A stretch of 64,000 bases of DNA from contig NC_043010.1 of assembly GCF_006345805.1 (NCBI RefSeq), positions 14,446,001 to 14,510,000 of the forward strand, in the 5' to 3' direction. A program made the position numbers and the translations under genes. This stretch comes from Octopus sinensis. Its lineage: Eukaryota. This document shows positions 51,539-64,000 of the stretch, piece by piece. The notes below the pieces were generated by a model. That model saw only the letters and a list, made by a program, of their open reading frames with translations, was not told the origin of the DNA and did not search any database. The first letter of the stretch is position 1. Every line of letters begins with the position of its first letter.

Positions 51539-53024
51539 AGTCAGTACAACAATACCACCCCTCTCCCCCATCGCCAGGTTAGATAGCAACAGTTGTGTAA
51601 AGTTAATTACTTAGAATCGCTTGATTAGTTACACTGGGAATGTTAGCATTGATCACCACCACATCATCATCATCCTCCACCTGCGTTCCACAGCCGTCAA
51701 AGGAAGCTGACTTCTTGACAATACTTTAGGCTAATAGTCTCCAAGGTAGAACAGAAATAGGCGTCATCCTTTAAAGACATACATCATCTCGAAAGAGTCC
51801 AGAAGCTGGCTACCCGCATGGTTCTTGGTCTCAAGCATTTGTCTTATGAAGAAAGGCTGAAGACGCTCGACCTTTATCCTCTCGAAAAACGACGACGCCG
51901 TGGTGATCTCATTCTCGCTCACAACATCATAAGCGGAAAGTGTAACCTCTCGAAAGAGCTGTTCTTCACTCCTGCTCCGGAGCGTGGGCTGCGGGGTTAC
52001 TCCGAAAAGCTCTATCTACGACGATTTCATCTCAATCGAAGGAGAGGAGCTTTCTCCGTCCGGGTTGCGGATCCGTGGAATAAGCTGCCGTACGAGATAG
52101 TGAAGATGCCGACTACCGCTCGGTTCAAAGTCTCTCTTGACCAGAAATGGCCTGAACTCTTTGTATGACCACCCTCCATGTACATAATTCCCTGTCCCCC
52201 TACACGGCCTTGCTTTTGCTTTTTGAGCCAATAAAAATTGAATTGAATTGAATTTCAGTGGAGCAACATGAAATGAAGTGATTTGCCCTAAAGACACATC
52301 GTCATCATCATCAACACTTCCAGGATATTACTGTTTTAAGTCCGAGGAGTTCTAGGGCCAGTTATCTAGCTTCCTTGGCGTATAAATGACCGAGATGATA
52401 ACATTCCCCCTGGACGGGACGCCAGTCCGTCGCAGATTGACCCACTTACATGTGAGTGGAGTGGAGCAACGGGGAAAAAAAAACACAACGCAACACCTGG
52501 TCAGGAATTGAAACTACAACCTTGCAATCGGAAGCGCAACACCCTAAACAGTAGGCCATTCATCACCTAAACCAGGAATCGACCTTGCCACCTTATGATC
52601 GCAAGGCAGCGCTTTAACCATTAGGCCCATGACGTCATAGAATGTGTTGGTGTTTGGTGTGGATGGAGGGGAGCAAAGATCGCTGCTTCATTTATTCTGG
52701 GTTTTATTTGAAGATTGGCGCAATTCATTTTCAGTTTAGAATGTTAGAAGATGAGAGGAGGAGGAGGAGGAGGAGGAGGAATCTGTTCTGAGTATATGAA
52801 TTGTGTTATGGGTTTGAGACCCAGGAAGGGTAACGGCAAGAGTAGATTTAGCTTGAAGGGGGGAGTGAGCTTTCACCACTTGTCACACTCTATCGACCCA
52901 CAACCAATAACCTACACCTCATTTCCCCTACCGTCACCTTGGTGACGATCAACCACTTGCAATGAATTTATTGGTTGATCAGCGCTCCATACCCATCTCT
53001 CTCCCTTCTCCCTCCCTCTCTCTC

Positions 53025-53545
53025 TCTCATGTGCGTGTGTGTGTGTGTGTGTATGTATGAGTGTGCGTGTGCTCTATGAGTATGTATGTCAATGTCGTGT
53101 TTCAACAAGACATAAACATGCTGGTGCATGTCGAGAGTTTGTGTGTGTGTGTGTGTGTGTGAGTGTGTGTAAATGTGTGAGTGTGTGTGAGTGTGTGTAA
53201 ATGTGTGAGTGTGTGTGAGTGTGTGTGTGTGAGAGTGTGTGAGTGCGTGTGTGTGAGTGTGCGTGTGTGTGCGTGTGCATGAGTGAGTGTGTGTGTGAGT
53301 GTGTGTGTGTGTGTGAGTGTATGTGTGTGTGAGTGTGTGTGTGTGTGTGTGTGTGAGTGTGTGTGAGTGTGTGTGAGTGTGTGTGAGTGAGTGTGTGTGT
53401 GTGTGAGTGTGTGTGTGTGTGTGAGTGTATGTGTGTGTGTGAGTGTGTGTGAGTGTGTGTGTGTGAGTGTGTGTGAGTGTGTGTGTGTGTGAGTGTGTGG
53501 GAGTGTGTGTGTGTGTGTGCGTGTGAGTGTGTGTGTGAGTGTGAA
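53025..53545. repeat. Compound (TG)n/(GAGT) microsatellite
   Basis: Directly visible; the H/T-rich ORFs are artefacts. Confidence 0.95.
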
Positions 53546-53894
53546 TGCAGCAGTGCATCCTTTATGCACCCGAATCGTGCTATCTCACTCTAAATAACCG
53601 AGTGTGCGCACGGGTACTTGCCGCTGCGTGCTGGTGTATTTAGCCAGGTAAACACGTGTATGTGTGTGCATGTGTGTGTGTGTGTGTGTGTTTAAATATT
53701 GGTGTTAGCATATGAATGCTTTTGCTTGCGGGTGTGAAACGCGTGACCCCCGTATAGTAAGTAGTATCGGTTTCGATCCCTTTGGCCAGTAACTTGCATA
53801 CATGGCTTTTACTGGACGACCACCCCATTCACCAATATCGTCGCAGTGAAATGGAGAAGACAATATGCAGATGACCATCACACACACACGCACG

Positions 53895-54002
<108 letters not shown>

Positions 54003-54301
54003 GAGGAACAATGGCCCAGTGGTTAGGGCAGCGAACTCGCGGTCGGAGGATCGCGGTTTCGATTTCCAGACTGGGCGTTGTGAGTGTTTGTTGAGCGAAA
54101 ATACCTAAAGCTCCTCGAGGCTCTGGCAGGGGGGGTGGGTGGCTATCCTTGCTGTACTCTTTCACCACAACTTTCTCTCAGTCTTTCTTCTATTGGCCTG
54201 CTCGTTTAGCCAGCGGGGTGGCGTCATTTGGAGGCTAAAACAATGCGAAGCGCATTGTGACCATCGATGTGTAACAACAACTGATAGGCTGGTCAGTCAC
54301 A

Positions 54302-54377
<76 letters not shown>

Positions 54378-55101
54378 TCCTATCGTTTAATGCATATACA
54401 ATATTACAGTAAATAAATAAGAGTTAATAATAGTTTTTTTGTCTGAAGATTGCTCGCAGACACAAAACCACATTATATAAATGTACCTAAACACAGTCTC
54501 TCTCTATGGCATGAAACTATTGGTAAAGAGACCCTGTTCGGTCATGAATGATCATGGGATTGCACCTAGAAAGTTACCTTCCGAGGCACAAGTCTGGGCA
54601 AGGTTGTTTAGGGAAGACCAGTCGCCCATGTATACCAGCCCCCCTCGCCACTCCACCGATGTTATCCAAGGGAAAGGCAAAGAGGGAACCAGTGACGTCA
54701 CAACTCGTTTCTACAGCCAAGTGGAATAAAGAGCAACGTGAAATAAAGTGTCTTGTTCAAGAACACAACACACAGCCTGGTCGATGAATTGAACTCACTA
54801 CCTCATGATCGTGAGCCTGACACTCTAACTACTGAGCCATGAGCTTTACTCTTAGTAGCTCTTCACTAATCTCTCACTCGATGGAGTACATTTTTGTTGT
54901 TCCTACTTTAACGGAACAATAAACTATGTCTGTCTGTCTGTTTCTCTCTCTCTCTCTCTCTCATATATATATTATATTGAATTAGAGATAAAACCACTAT
55001 TAGGCAAATCATACAATGAAAAACTTAAGCCAATACATAAGATTATTTAATTTATATTATTTAAATATATAACAAAATTATTAAAAAAATATAATTAATA
55101 T

Positions 55102-55170
55102 AACACTACGATCGTTTCATGGCTGTTAATTTCTTTAAATTTTCGAGTTACAGTCATTCATCAGGTGGTT
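55102..55170 (-). ncRNA. Type I hammerhead ribozyme inside a fold-back pLTR-like element (54976-55330)
   Basis: Minus strand aaccac CTGATGA atgactgt..acagccat GAAA cgatcg TA gtgtt; palindrome ACGATCGT; 42-bp inverted repeats at 54976-55017 and 55210-55251. Confidence 0.8.
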
Positions 55171-55328
55171 TAAATATTTAACTTGGCGAGGTTTAATCAA
55201 TGAACTAAAATTGTATGATTTGCCTAATAATGGTTTTATCTCTAATTTAATATAATATAATATTTTACTATAAAATTGGATTCAATCCTAAATCTGAATT
55301 TTCCCTGTAAGTTTGGATTTATTCCCTA

Positions 55329-55361
<33 letters not shown>

Positions 55362-55362
55362 A

Positions 55363-55397
<35 letters not shown>

Positions 55398-55401
<4 letters not shown>

Positions 55402-56425
55402 CTTGGTAGCACAAACAACATCCCTCACTAGCTATGCTGATGACACAAAGGTAGCACAGGCAATCAAAAACCCAGCTGATGCTGACCTTTTACAACAAGA
55501 TCTGGATGCCATATACAAATGGGCTGAAGACAACAACATGCAATTTAATGCTGGTAAATTTCAAGCCTTACAATATCAAGCTGTAAACACATATACATTA
55601 CAACACAACTATACTGGTCCAGGAGGGATCGAAATCCCAGTATCGAAATCAATACGGGACCTGGGGATAGACATGAGTGACGATGCATCTTTTTCTTCAC
55701 ACATCGCGAAGGTGGCGACAATGTGCAGACGACTCACTGGCTGGATCCTGAGGACATTCCGGACAAGAGACTGCGAGACCATGGTGACACTATGGAGGAC
55801 ATTTGTCCTAAGCCGCCTGGACTACTGCTCCCAACTGTGGTCACCGCATAGTGTCAAACTAACCACAGAGCTTGAGACAATCCAAAGACATTTCACCAAG
55901 AGGATTTCCACCATGAAAGAAAAGAACTATTGGGAGAGGCTTAGGGAACTCAATTTGTACTCCTTGGAACGAAGACGAGAGAGATATGCAGTGATATACA
56001 TATGGAAAATCCTGGAGGGACTAGCACCAAATTTTGGAATTGAGAGCTGTTCCAATCCCCGTACAGGACGTCACTGTGTGGTGCCAAAGGTCCCGTCTTC
56101 CACATCCAGGGTAAGGAGCAGATACTGTAATAGCCTGGGGTTCAGGGGCCCTCAGCTGTTCAACAAACTGCCAAGAAAACTAAGAGATCTACATGATGCG
56201 GATGTGGACATTTTCAAAAAACATCTAGACAAGCTGCTTTCCGGGATCCCAGATGAACCCACTGCAAGGTACGAAGGTAACCTAAGGGCAGCAGCTACAA
56301 ACTCTCTCTTAGATCAGTGGCCAGCCACGGCAAACTGGACTTAGAGAGGGTAGCAACAAGGGCGGTGCCCCAGCATGGCCTCAGCCGGATGGCTGAAACA
56401 AGTAAAAGAGTAAAAGAGTAAAGAG
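55398..56425 (+). mobile_element. 5'-truncated CR1/L2-group LINE with intact 3' ORF and tail, inserted in (TA)n
   Basis: SYADDTKV..RDLGI..VLSRLDYCSQLWSP..SLERRRER..stop 56344; tail hairpin followed by (AGTAAAAG)n. Confidence 0.92.
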
Positions 56426-56440
56426 ATATATATAGTGAAG

Positions 56441-56634
56441 GCGCATGGCTCAGTGGTTAGAGCGTCGAGCTTACGATCGTGAGGTTGTGAGCTCGAATCC
56501 CGGACCGGGCTGTGTGTTGTGTTAAATGGAGCAACGCGAAATAAAGTGTCTTGCTCAAGAACGCAACACGCAGCCCGGTCCGAGAATCGAACTTACAACC
56601 GTAAGCTCGACGCTCTAACCACTGGGTCATGCGC
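56441..56634. repeat. Fold-back of two tRNA-derived SINE heads
   Basis: gcgcatg(g/a)c(t/c)cagtggttagagcgtcgagcttacg..ggaccgggctg on both strands, arms about 80 bp. Confidence 0.85.
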
Positions 56635-56650
56635 GATATGTATATATAAA

Positions 56651-56817
56651 TCCAAAAACTGGAACAAGAACGCAACAGACGACAATAAAATATCCGGACA
56701 GATAGGCGATACGAAGGCGGACAGGAACTTGCGAATGACCCGTCCTTGTTTTTTCCTGTCCGTCTTCGCATCGTCTATCTGCCCGTCGTCTGTTGCGTTC
56801 TTGTTTCATTTTTGGGA
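56651..56817. repeat. About 165-bp hairpin element between (TA)n and (TATC)n
   Basis: Arms of about 65 bp (aacaagaacgcaacagacgac..gacagata..ggacagga and its reverse complement). Confidence 0.8.
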
Positions 56818-59146
56818 TATCTATCTATCTATCTATCTATGTATCTAAATATATTGTTTTTTTTTGGGGGGGGGGGGGGCGGCGAAGGAGTAAAGCTGCT
56901 GTGTTCTGCGATGCTCAGTGTCAAAATGGAAGAACGATCCATTTTATAACACACACAAACACAAACTCGCACGCGCGCGCATTCCATTCATTATCCGTAA
57001 TGTGAAAGTTCGCCAGAGAAACAGCTGTGATTGTTGAAATCTTTCTGAATTCTGATTCCATCCTTGGTCCCCTGGCGTCGACAAAAGCTACAACCGTTTA
57101 TAATGTCTTGTGCTGGTAGAGTCAGACGCTTTCACTTACACGCATCACCTTCGAACCATTGAAGCGAAATCGTTAATACAGGCAGGTGACCCATTATTAA
57201 CTGACGGTCATACTAGTACAGTACCCGACACTAGTACAGAACCAGCACAGTACCTCACATCAGTATAATACCAGACATTCATCTTCTATTTTTTCTTTTA
57301 TTTGTTTCAGTCATTAGATTGCGGCCGAGCTGCAGCATCGCCTTCAAGAATTTTTAGCCGAATTAATCGACCCTAGTATTTTTCTTTAAGCCTGGTACTT
57401 TTCTAATCGCTCGCTTTTGCCGATCCGCTATGTTACGGGGACATAAACACACCAACACCGATTTTCAAGTGGTGGTGGGAGTACAAAGACACAAAGACAC
57501 ATGCACACACACATGTACACATACACATACACACACACACGCATACGACGGGCTTCTTTCAGTTTCCGTCTACCAAAACCACTCACAAGGCTTTCGTCGG
57601 CTCGAGGCAATAGTAGAAGATACTTGCCCAAGGTGCCACGCAGTGGGACTGAACCCGCAACCATGTGGTAGGGGAGCAAGCTTCTTACTACACAGTCACG
57701 CCTGCGTCAATAATTTTTCGTGGCAGCCTCCGGATGCCAAAACCCGGGACATCAGTACATTTACAAAATAATTTCTTGAAATGTCAATTAACACCAATTT
57801 TAATTGGTTTATGTGCGCCCGCACGCGCTCACGTTTGCGCCGAACCGCCTCCTTTTCAAGGTACATACACACAGGCACACACATATAGTTACACACACAC
57901 ACACACACACAAACACACACGTTTCTTCTCCTTTAATAAAAATACAAAATTAATTTAATAATTTCTCATCACTGCTGTAATACAACCTTGAATCTTTCAT
58001 TTACGCTTGTCAGTGCGTGTGTGTGTATGTGTGTGTATGTGTGCGTGTGTGTGTGTATGTGTGTGCGCGCGTGTGTGAATGTACTCAAATACACACGTAT
58101 ATAACTATGAATTTATATAACTATAAATATGCAGGCAGGTTTCAGAATGTGGATGTATACAGATACATATGTGTTATTATGTTCATACATACGTACATAC
58201 ATACAAACATACATACATACATACATACATACATACATTTGTACGTACATACATACATTTGTACGTACATACATACATACATACGTACGTACATACATAC
58301 ATACATACATACAAACATACATACATACATAAATAAATACATACATATATACATACACAAACATACACACAAACATACGTACATACATACATACACACAA
58401 ACATACATACATACATACATATGTACGTACATATACATACACATACTCACACAAATACACACACATACATGCAAACACACGTAATATGCATATCTATCTA
58501 CATACACACACACATATATATATATGTATATATACGTGTATACATATGTGTACGTATATAATATACGAATTCATAGATACACAAATCTTTCTGCATATGC
58601 TCATGTGCGTTTGGCTGTGCGTGACTGTGAGAGAGAAAGTTTAAGTGAGTCAAGACATGTCGTCTGTTGCTTTGAGAATAAAAAGATAGCGCATTTGATA
58701 AAAGAAACTTCATTGAATGGAGACAAAGAAATGAAAGACAGACAAATAGAAATGTGAAAAGGAAGAAGAAAATTAGATAAATAGATAAAGAGGTATGTTT
58801 ATATGGTCGTACGTATCCATGCACAAATGCATATATGTATATGTGTGTACGTGCTACAGCATACTATGTGTTGTATATAAATGCAGGTATGCATATATGA
58901 GTGCATACATGTGTGTATGAAATACACACACAATTAAAATATACACATATATGCTGTAGAGAAGTATATGTACACACACGTATGTAGGGTGAAGAGGAGA
59001 GAGAAAAAGAGGAGAAAGAAACTGAGAAAATTGGAAAGGTAAAAAGGAAAAGGAAAGAAAACGTGGAAGAAACGAAGGTGGTGGGAGTTAATAAGGGCAG
59101 ACGGACAGTTGAATGTCGTTGTGTGTGCATGTGTACGCGCGCGTGT

Positions 59147-59182
<36 letters not shown>

Positions 59183-59760
59183 GAAGAAGAGAGAGATAGA
59201 AATATATATATGCATATAGTAGGAATAGATATTTTTCTCGATAGATAGCTAGCTAGATAGATAAAGAGAAAGGGCAGATCCTAAGAAAGAAAGGAGGATT
59301 AAAGAAAATGTCAAAGGAACATTTGGCCGTGAGGTGGAATCGTTGTTGTCGAGTTTGTATCTCTTAATTTAAGTATTGAATCAACGACGGCAGAGATGGG
59401 AAACGAACCAAACAACTACAACAACAACATGTATACTTTTATAATAATAATAATAATAATAATAATGATAATAATAATACTCTATTACTAGATCAATTTT
59501 ATCAGTTTGAAAGAGGAAAATAAATGCAAGTAACTGAAGATGAAAATGTAAGAAAAAATAAAAATGCATAAAATATGAAAAAAAAAAGAAAAAGTTTTTT
59601 CAATGACGTCACACGTCTTCCGCTGAGAGTCGCCCGAGGCGGTGTCGTATGGATAGAGAAGCGTGGGGAGGTAATCAAGGTAGATAACTAACTTGGTAGA
59701 GTCAAACATCTTGACAGTTAATCTAAAATGTTCTTTCTTTGCCTTGCTCTCTCTCACACA

Positions 59761-59802
<42 letters not shown>

Positions 59803-62800
59803 AATAACATAATTTATGCGTATGCATGTGAGTCGTGTGTGTGTGTGTGTGTTTGTGTGTATGAGTGCGTGAGTATGTGTGCTGTTCAATGAGAAAACTG
59901 AAGACAGCAGATGCTCTTGATTTCAATGAAGCGAGGGCTGAAGACCTGATTCTTTCAATGAAGGGAAAAGAAAAAAAAAAAAAGAAAACGAAGAAGGGAA
60001 TAGGAGAGGAGGAGAAAGAGAAGAGGAAGGTCGCTTTCCATTCCAATAATATAAAAAACAAATCATGCCCTTGACTATTTCTGCTTTTTTTCCTATTAAA
60101 TATTAGAAGTCATATTTTTTCCAGATTGGGTATTGAGAAACGTCCCTCTATAACTGGAATATTTTGGTACATCCACCCAGATAAATACTTTAGCAATACC
60201 CGGGGTGGACTAGTACTTGAATTACAGAAACAATAAACTTGGATTTTTTATTATTATTTTGAGTTAGAGGGATGGGTGTTGAACTGTAACACACACTAGT
60301 ATATGACTGGTACCTGTTTTATTGGCCACCGGTAGAATAGAAGATGTATTTTAACTCAGGACGCAACGAAATACCACAAAGTATTTTGATGAGCCGTTCA
60401 TTCATCCAAATCTGCCACTCACTACTTTATTCCAAAAACAAAAACAACGACTTAGACAATGGTATCGGCGACAACAACAAACAGCAACAACGCCAACCTC
60501 AACATGAAAATTCTTTTTTCGTTATAAGGGTAAGGCCTCCAGAAATCTTGTGGTGGTGGTAGTGGGGGGGGAGGCTAGTCGATTGCATCGACCCCATTTC
60601 TCAACTGGTACTGTTATAATCACTGGTATTTAGTTACTTAACCACAGTGATAAAACGGACACCAAAACAGTTACTGGTATTAAGTGATCGCCATGATAGA
60701 GTGGACACCAATATAATTATTGGTACTTTATGAGATCCAGTTTAGTCCAGTTCTCTGCTATTTCAACAAATACTGAACTAACGAAAGAGAAATCTATGCA
60801 GTCTCTCGAACAACTAGAAATAACAGCTAAGTTTATATCACACCATACTCTAACTTACTAAATATAGGACTGTGTCTGGAAAAATCAGGCTGCTTATGGC
60901 ATGTATGTCTGATTATAGGTCTGACTTGTTAGACCTATATATATAATGATATCATTAACCCGTGGTTAAGTAATATCATTTTATCAGAAGGTCAGAAAGG
61001 TTGGAGTTGGTCATCATATAAATGGGGAAAGTAAGTCATCTGTTGGGAGTTGATGCTGGACATATCAAGTTTTGGCGATAACTTGAACAAAGACTGCATT
61101 TTGATCAGAATGTAAACAACGGCAGAAAGATGTGCTTAAATGAAGGTCATTAAACTTGCTCGCTGCGATGTCAATATAGCGGATATCCCGAAAACCTTTA
61201 CCAAAATCTTAAATTCGATTAAATGAAGAGTTCTGAGCTTCAAATTATTAACGATCGCCCTTCACTCTTGTCCTGTCTCAGTTGCGCCATCATTCACCTT
61301 TTCAGTCGCGTCATAATTCCTCTTCTCACATGATTGTTTCCAATTGGTAGCTGGAGGCACATGGCCTAGTGGTTAGTCAAGGGATCGCGGGTTCGAATCT
61401 CAGACCGGGTGATGTGTGTGTTTATGAGCGAAAACTCCTAAGCTCCACGCGGCTCCGGCAGAAGGTAATGGCGAACTTCTGCTGACTCTTTCGCCACAAC
61501 TTTCTCACACTCTTTCCTCCTGCATCTTGCAGCTCACCTGCGACGGACCGGTGTCCCGTCCAGGTGGGGAACCTATACGCCAAGGAAACCGGGAAACCGG
61601 CCCTTATGAGCCAGGCGTGGCTCGAGTAGGAACAAACAAATTGGTAGCTGACATCTACCCAAACCGAACCGAACAAGATTAACATGCAAAACGTAAAGCT
61701 TGTCGATTAAACCATTCAAATCCGTCCATTTCCACCAGCCCATCCCACGCACACATGATACCTGTCAGGATGTTTTAGAGACATCTTTTCAATCAGTTAT
61801 CCTCACATGGTCGCAGCAAATGTTTAAGATGCTGTTCCAGATCTTGTCTCTCGCCTGACTCAGCACATGAGCAATCATGGGTCTTAAAAAAAACCCTGCA
61901 TCACCACTCAGCTCTATCCAGTCAAACTCAAGGAAATAGAAATTGTGTAGTCGGTCAAAAGGAGCTTATGCGTACGCATCTGGCCTCACTGATAGCTGCT
62001 AGACTTATACTGAAAGACCTGCAATCCTTCGTCTGGAGTTCTTGCTGCCAAGCAACTCCAATGGTATGACTATTCACGTATTCTAATCTTAAGACAGTTA
62101 TGTTGGCTAAAAACATCAGAACTACTGACAATATGGTTTTAAGCAGTTCCCAAAAGTCGCTTGTTTGAAATGTTTCACGTCCTTTTAGTACCTTCTTCGT
62201 AAATTTTGTAAGCCTTTGTTGCAGGAGTCAGAGATATTCGATGGCCAACAAAGACAGGAATTCGTTTATATCTTCCCTGTAATTGTTGTTGGTTTTGGGT
62301 CCGTCAGCTCACTGGATTCCTTAAGAAAATCATGAAATTGAAAAGTAGGTCTGTGTACAGATGTTGAGAGTTTTAGTGGTAATGGTGTCTTTTGGTCTGG
62401 CAGACACATTAGCGCGCCGGGCGAAATCCTTAGCGGTATTTCGTCTGCCATTACGTTCTGAGTTCAAATTCCGCCAAGGTCGACTTTGCCTTTCATCCTT
62501 TCGGGGTCGATAAATTAAGTACCAGTTGCACACTGGGGTCGATGTAATCGACTTAATCCGTGTGTCTGTCTTTGTTTGTCCTCTCTGTGTTTAGCCCCTT
62601 GTGGGTAGTAAAGAAATAGGTGGCTTTTCGTCTGCTGTAATTATGGCTACGGTTTTTCCTGTGGTTGTTATGCTCAGCATATTGCTATGGTTGTTCTGAC
62701 AGAGATTCACACTCTCACTCTTTCTCCCTCTTTCTCTCTCTGGTTTATTTCCCTCTCTTTAATGACCTTCTCCATGCAAACCCATCAAGTGCTGGAAACA

Positions 62801-63529
62801 CTGACCTTGGTCTTCCCTTTGACCCCTGAATCCAATATTGGAATCTTCCTTGTCATTTGACAAGAAATTAGAAGAGAACAAAGATATGTACTTTACATTT
62901 CTGTCGATGTTGTTCTTGGTTGCCGCACTCCTGTATGTGTGTTTTGATTCATCGCGGTATTGGCTCCTTCTGCTCTTATTACTGCGGTGTTTGTAATTGT
63001 GATGTGGGTTGGTAGCAATGTGAGTTTTCCCTTTTACGTTCGACACAGATGTTTGGTGTCACCACAAGAGTAGAACCTGGGTCTTCCTCAACCACAATGT
63101 ACAGTTGTGTCCGTTCGGCAAGTCTTGCTGATTGCAATTTCTCCAGGTAAATTCTATTGAATCAGAAACTCTAAGCTCGATTCCAGTCCTTGACAAGGTT
63201 CCCTGTATGAAAAAACTTTAGTTTACCATCTCATCGTCTGACAGCCCTCACGACAACCACAATTAATTTCAGGCGGCACATCCCTCACTTTCGTCTCCTG
63301 AAAAAGTCTCCTTACTCATCTACGACTCAATGATTTGTTCCTCCTCCTCCTCCTCCAATAATCGCGCTTCTAATGATGCATGACATTTTACTTGGTTGAT
63401 CTCGATCTCACACACGTTTTAGACTGATTCTGTTCTGTAAGGACTGGGCTGTGCGTTTCCCACTGCTAGCAGATTGATATTTCTTGTGGGTTTAGGATGA
63501 GTTCTGCATAAATGGCAAGAATGGTTATA

Positions 63530-63753
63530 CAGTGATCCCTCGTCATATCGTGCTTCACCTATCGCGGTTTATTGTTTAAGTTTACGTCGATTCCTCCGTG
63601 GTGTTGTTTTGCATTTATAATAAAATAAATATATAAAAATTATTAAAAAAATGTTTTAAAAACATATAGTACAGTATTGTTTTTACTTCGCGGACTTTCA
63701 CTTATCGCGGGGGTTTTTGGAACCTAACAACCGCGATAGTCGAGGGATTACTA
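63530..63753. mobile_element. pogo/Tigger-like MITE
   Basis: TA-cagtgatccctcg..atcg / cgatagtcgagggattact(a)-TA termini. Confidence 0.65.
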
Positions 63754-64000
63754 TATTTTCATTTCTCTCCTTCCAGATTTTGCAACGATGTTTCCAAACT
63801 GGTGTCTGCTGGGCCCCAAACATGGACGAATTTTCTTCTTCTTTTCCTCCTCCTCCTGCCCCTGCTCTTCTTCCTGCTGCTCCTGATCCTTCTCCTTATC
63901 CTCTTACTCCTGCTGCTCCCCTCCGGTTCATTATTATTATTATTATTATATTATTATTATTATTATTGTTACGTGTATACTTCATTTTTTATATTATCAT

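Noticed and set aside
54437-54467. Hammerhead remnant ttttgt CTGAAGA ttgc-tc-gcag ac acaaaa
   Set aside because: Stems I and II are present, but GAAA and helix III are deleted; cannot be functional.
56441-56515. Possible tRNA gene (apparent TAC anticodon)
   Set aside because: The acceptor stem does not pair; this and the other A/B-box sequences are SINE heads.
59880-59960. Two CTGAAGA motifs in a short direct repeat; also ctgaagatgaaa near 59535
   Set aside because: No compatible stems or palindromic helix III.
62759-63046. 95-aa ORF, and the ORFs at 17868-18143
   Set aside because: No recognisable domain, codon pattern or convincing pair of splice sites.

Overview
Repeat-dominated, AT-rich eukaryotic DNA. 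The SINE families, the heavy (TA)/(TG) microsatellite load and a TTAGGG-type motif suggest a coleoid cephalopod, probably Octopus (inferred, not verified). The only host coding sequence I can support is the terminal exon of a beta-TrCP/slimb (BTRC/FBXW11-type) gene at 3180-3338 (+). The rest is transposon-derived: three Penelope-like elements (two Naiad-like, one Neptune-like), CR1/L2-type and RTE LINE fragments, four SINE families, MITEs (piggyBac-, hAT-, Tc1/mariner-like and one unclassified), a non-autonomous Helitron, minisatellites, and a 100-N gap at 29409-29508. The main signal is a dense set of type I hammerhead ribozymes: nine recognisable cores plus several decayed ones, mostly in short pLTR-like elements beside (TA)n tracts. 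Two lie in sense orientation in the last beta-TrCP intron. Three lie in a recent 5.8-kb Penelope insertion (36089-41931) with 2.3-kb inverted arms, whose geometry implies a template longer than one unit (tandem or circular RNA). Also notable are a SINE/LINE pair sharing a covarying 3' hairpin and a 58-aa signal-peptide-like ORF. All alignments and RNA folds were done by eye.
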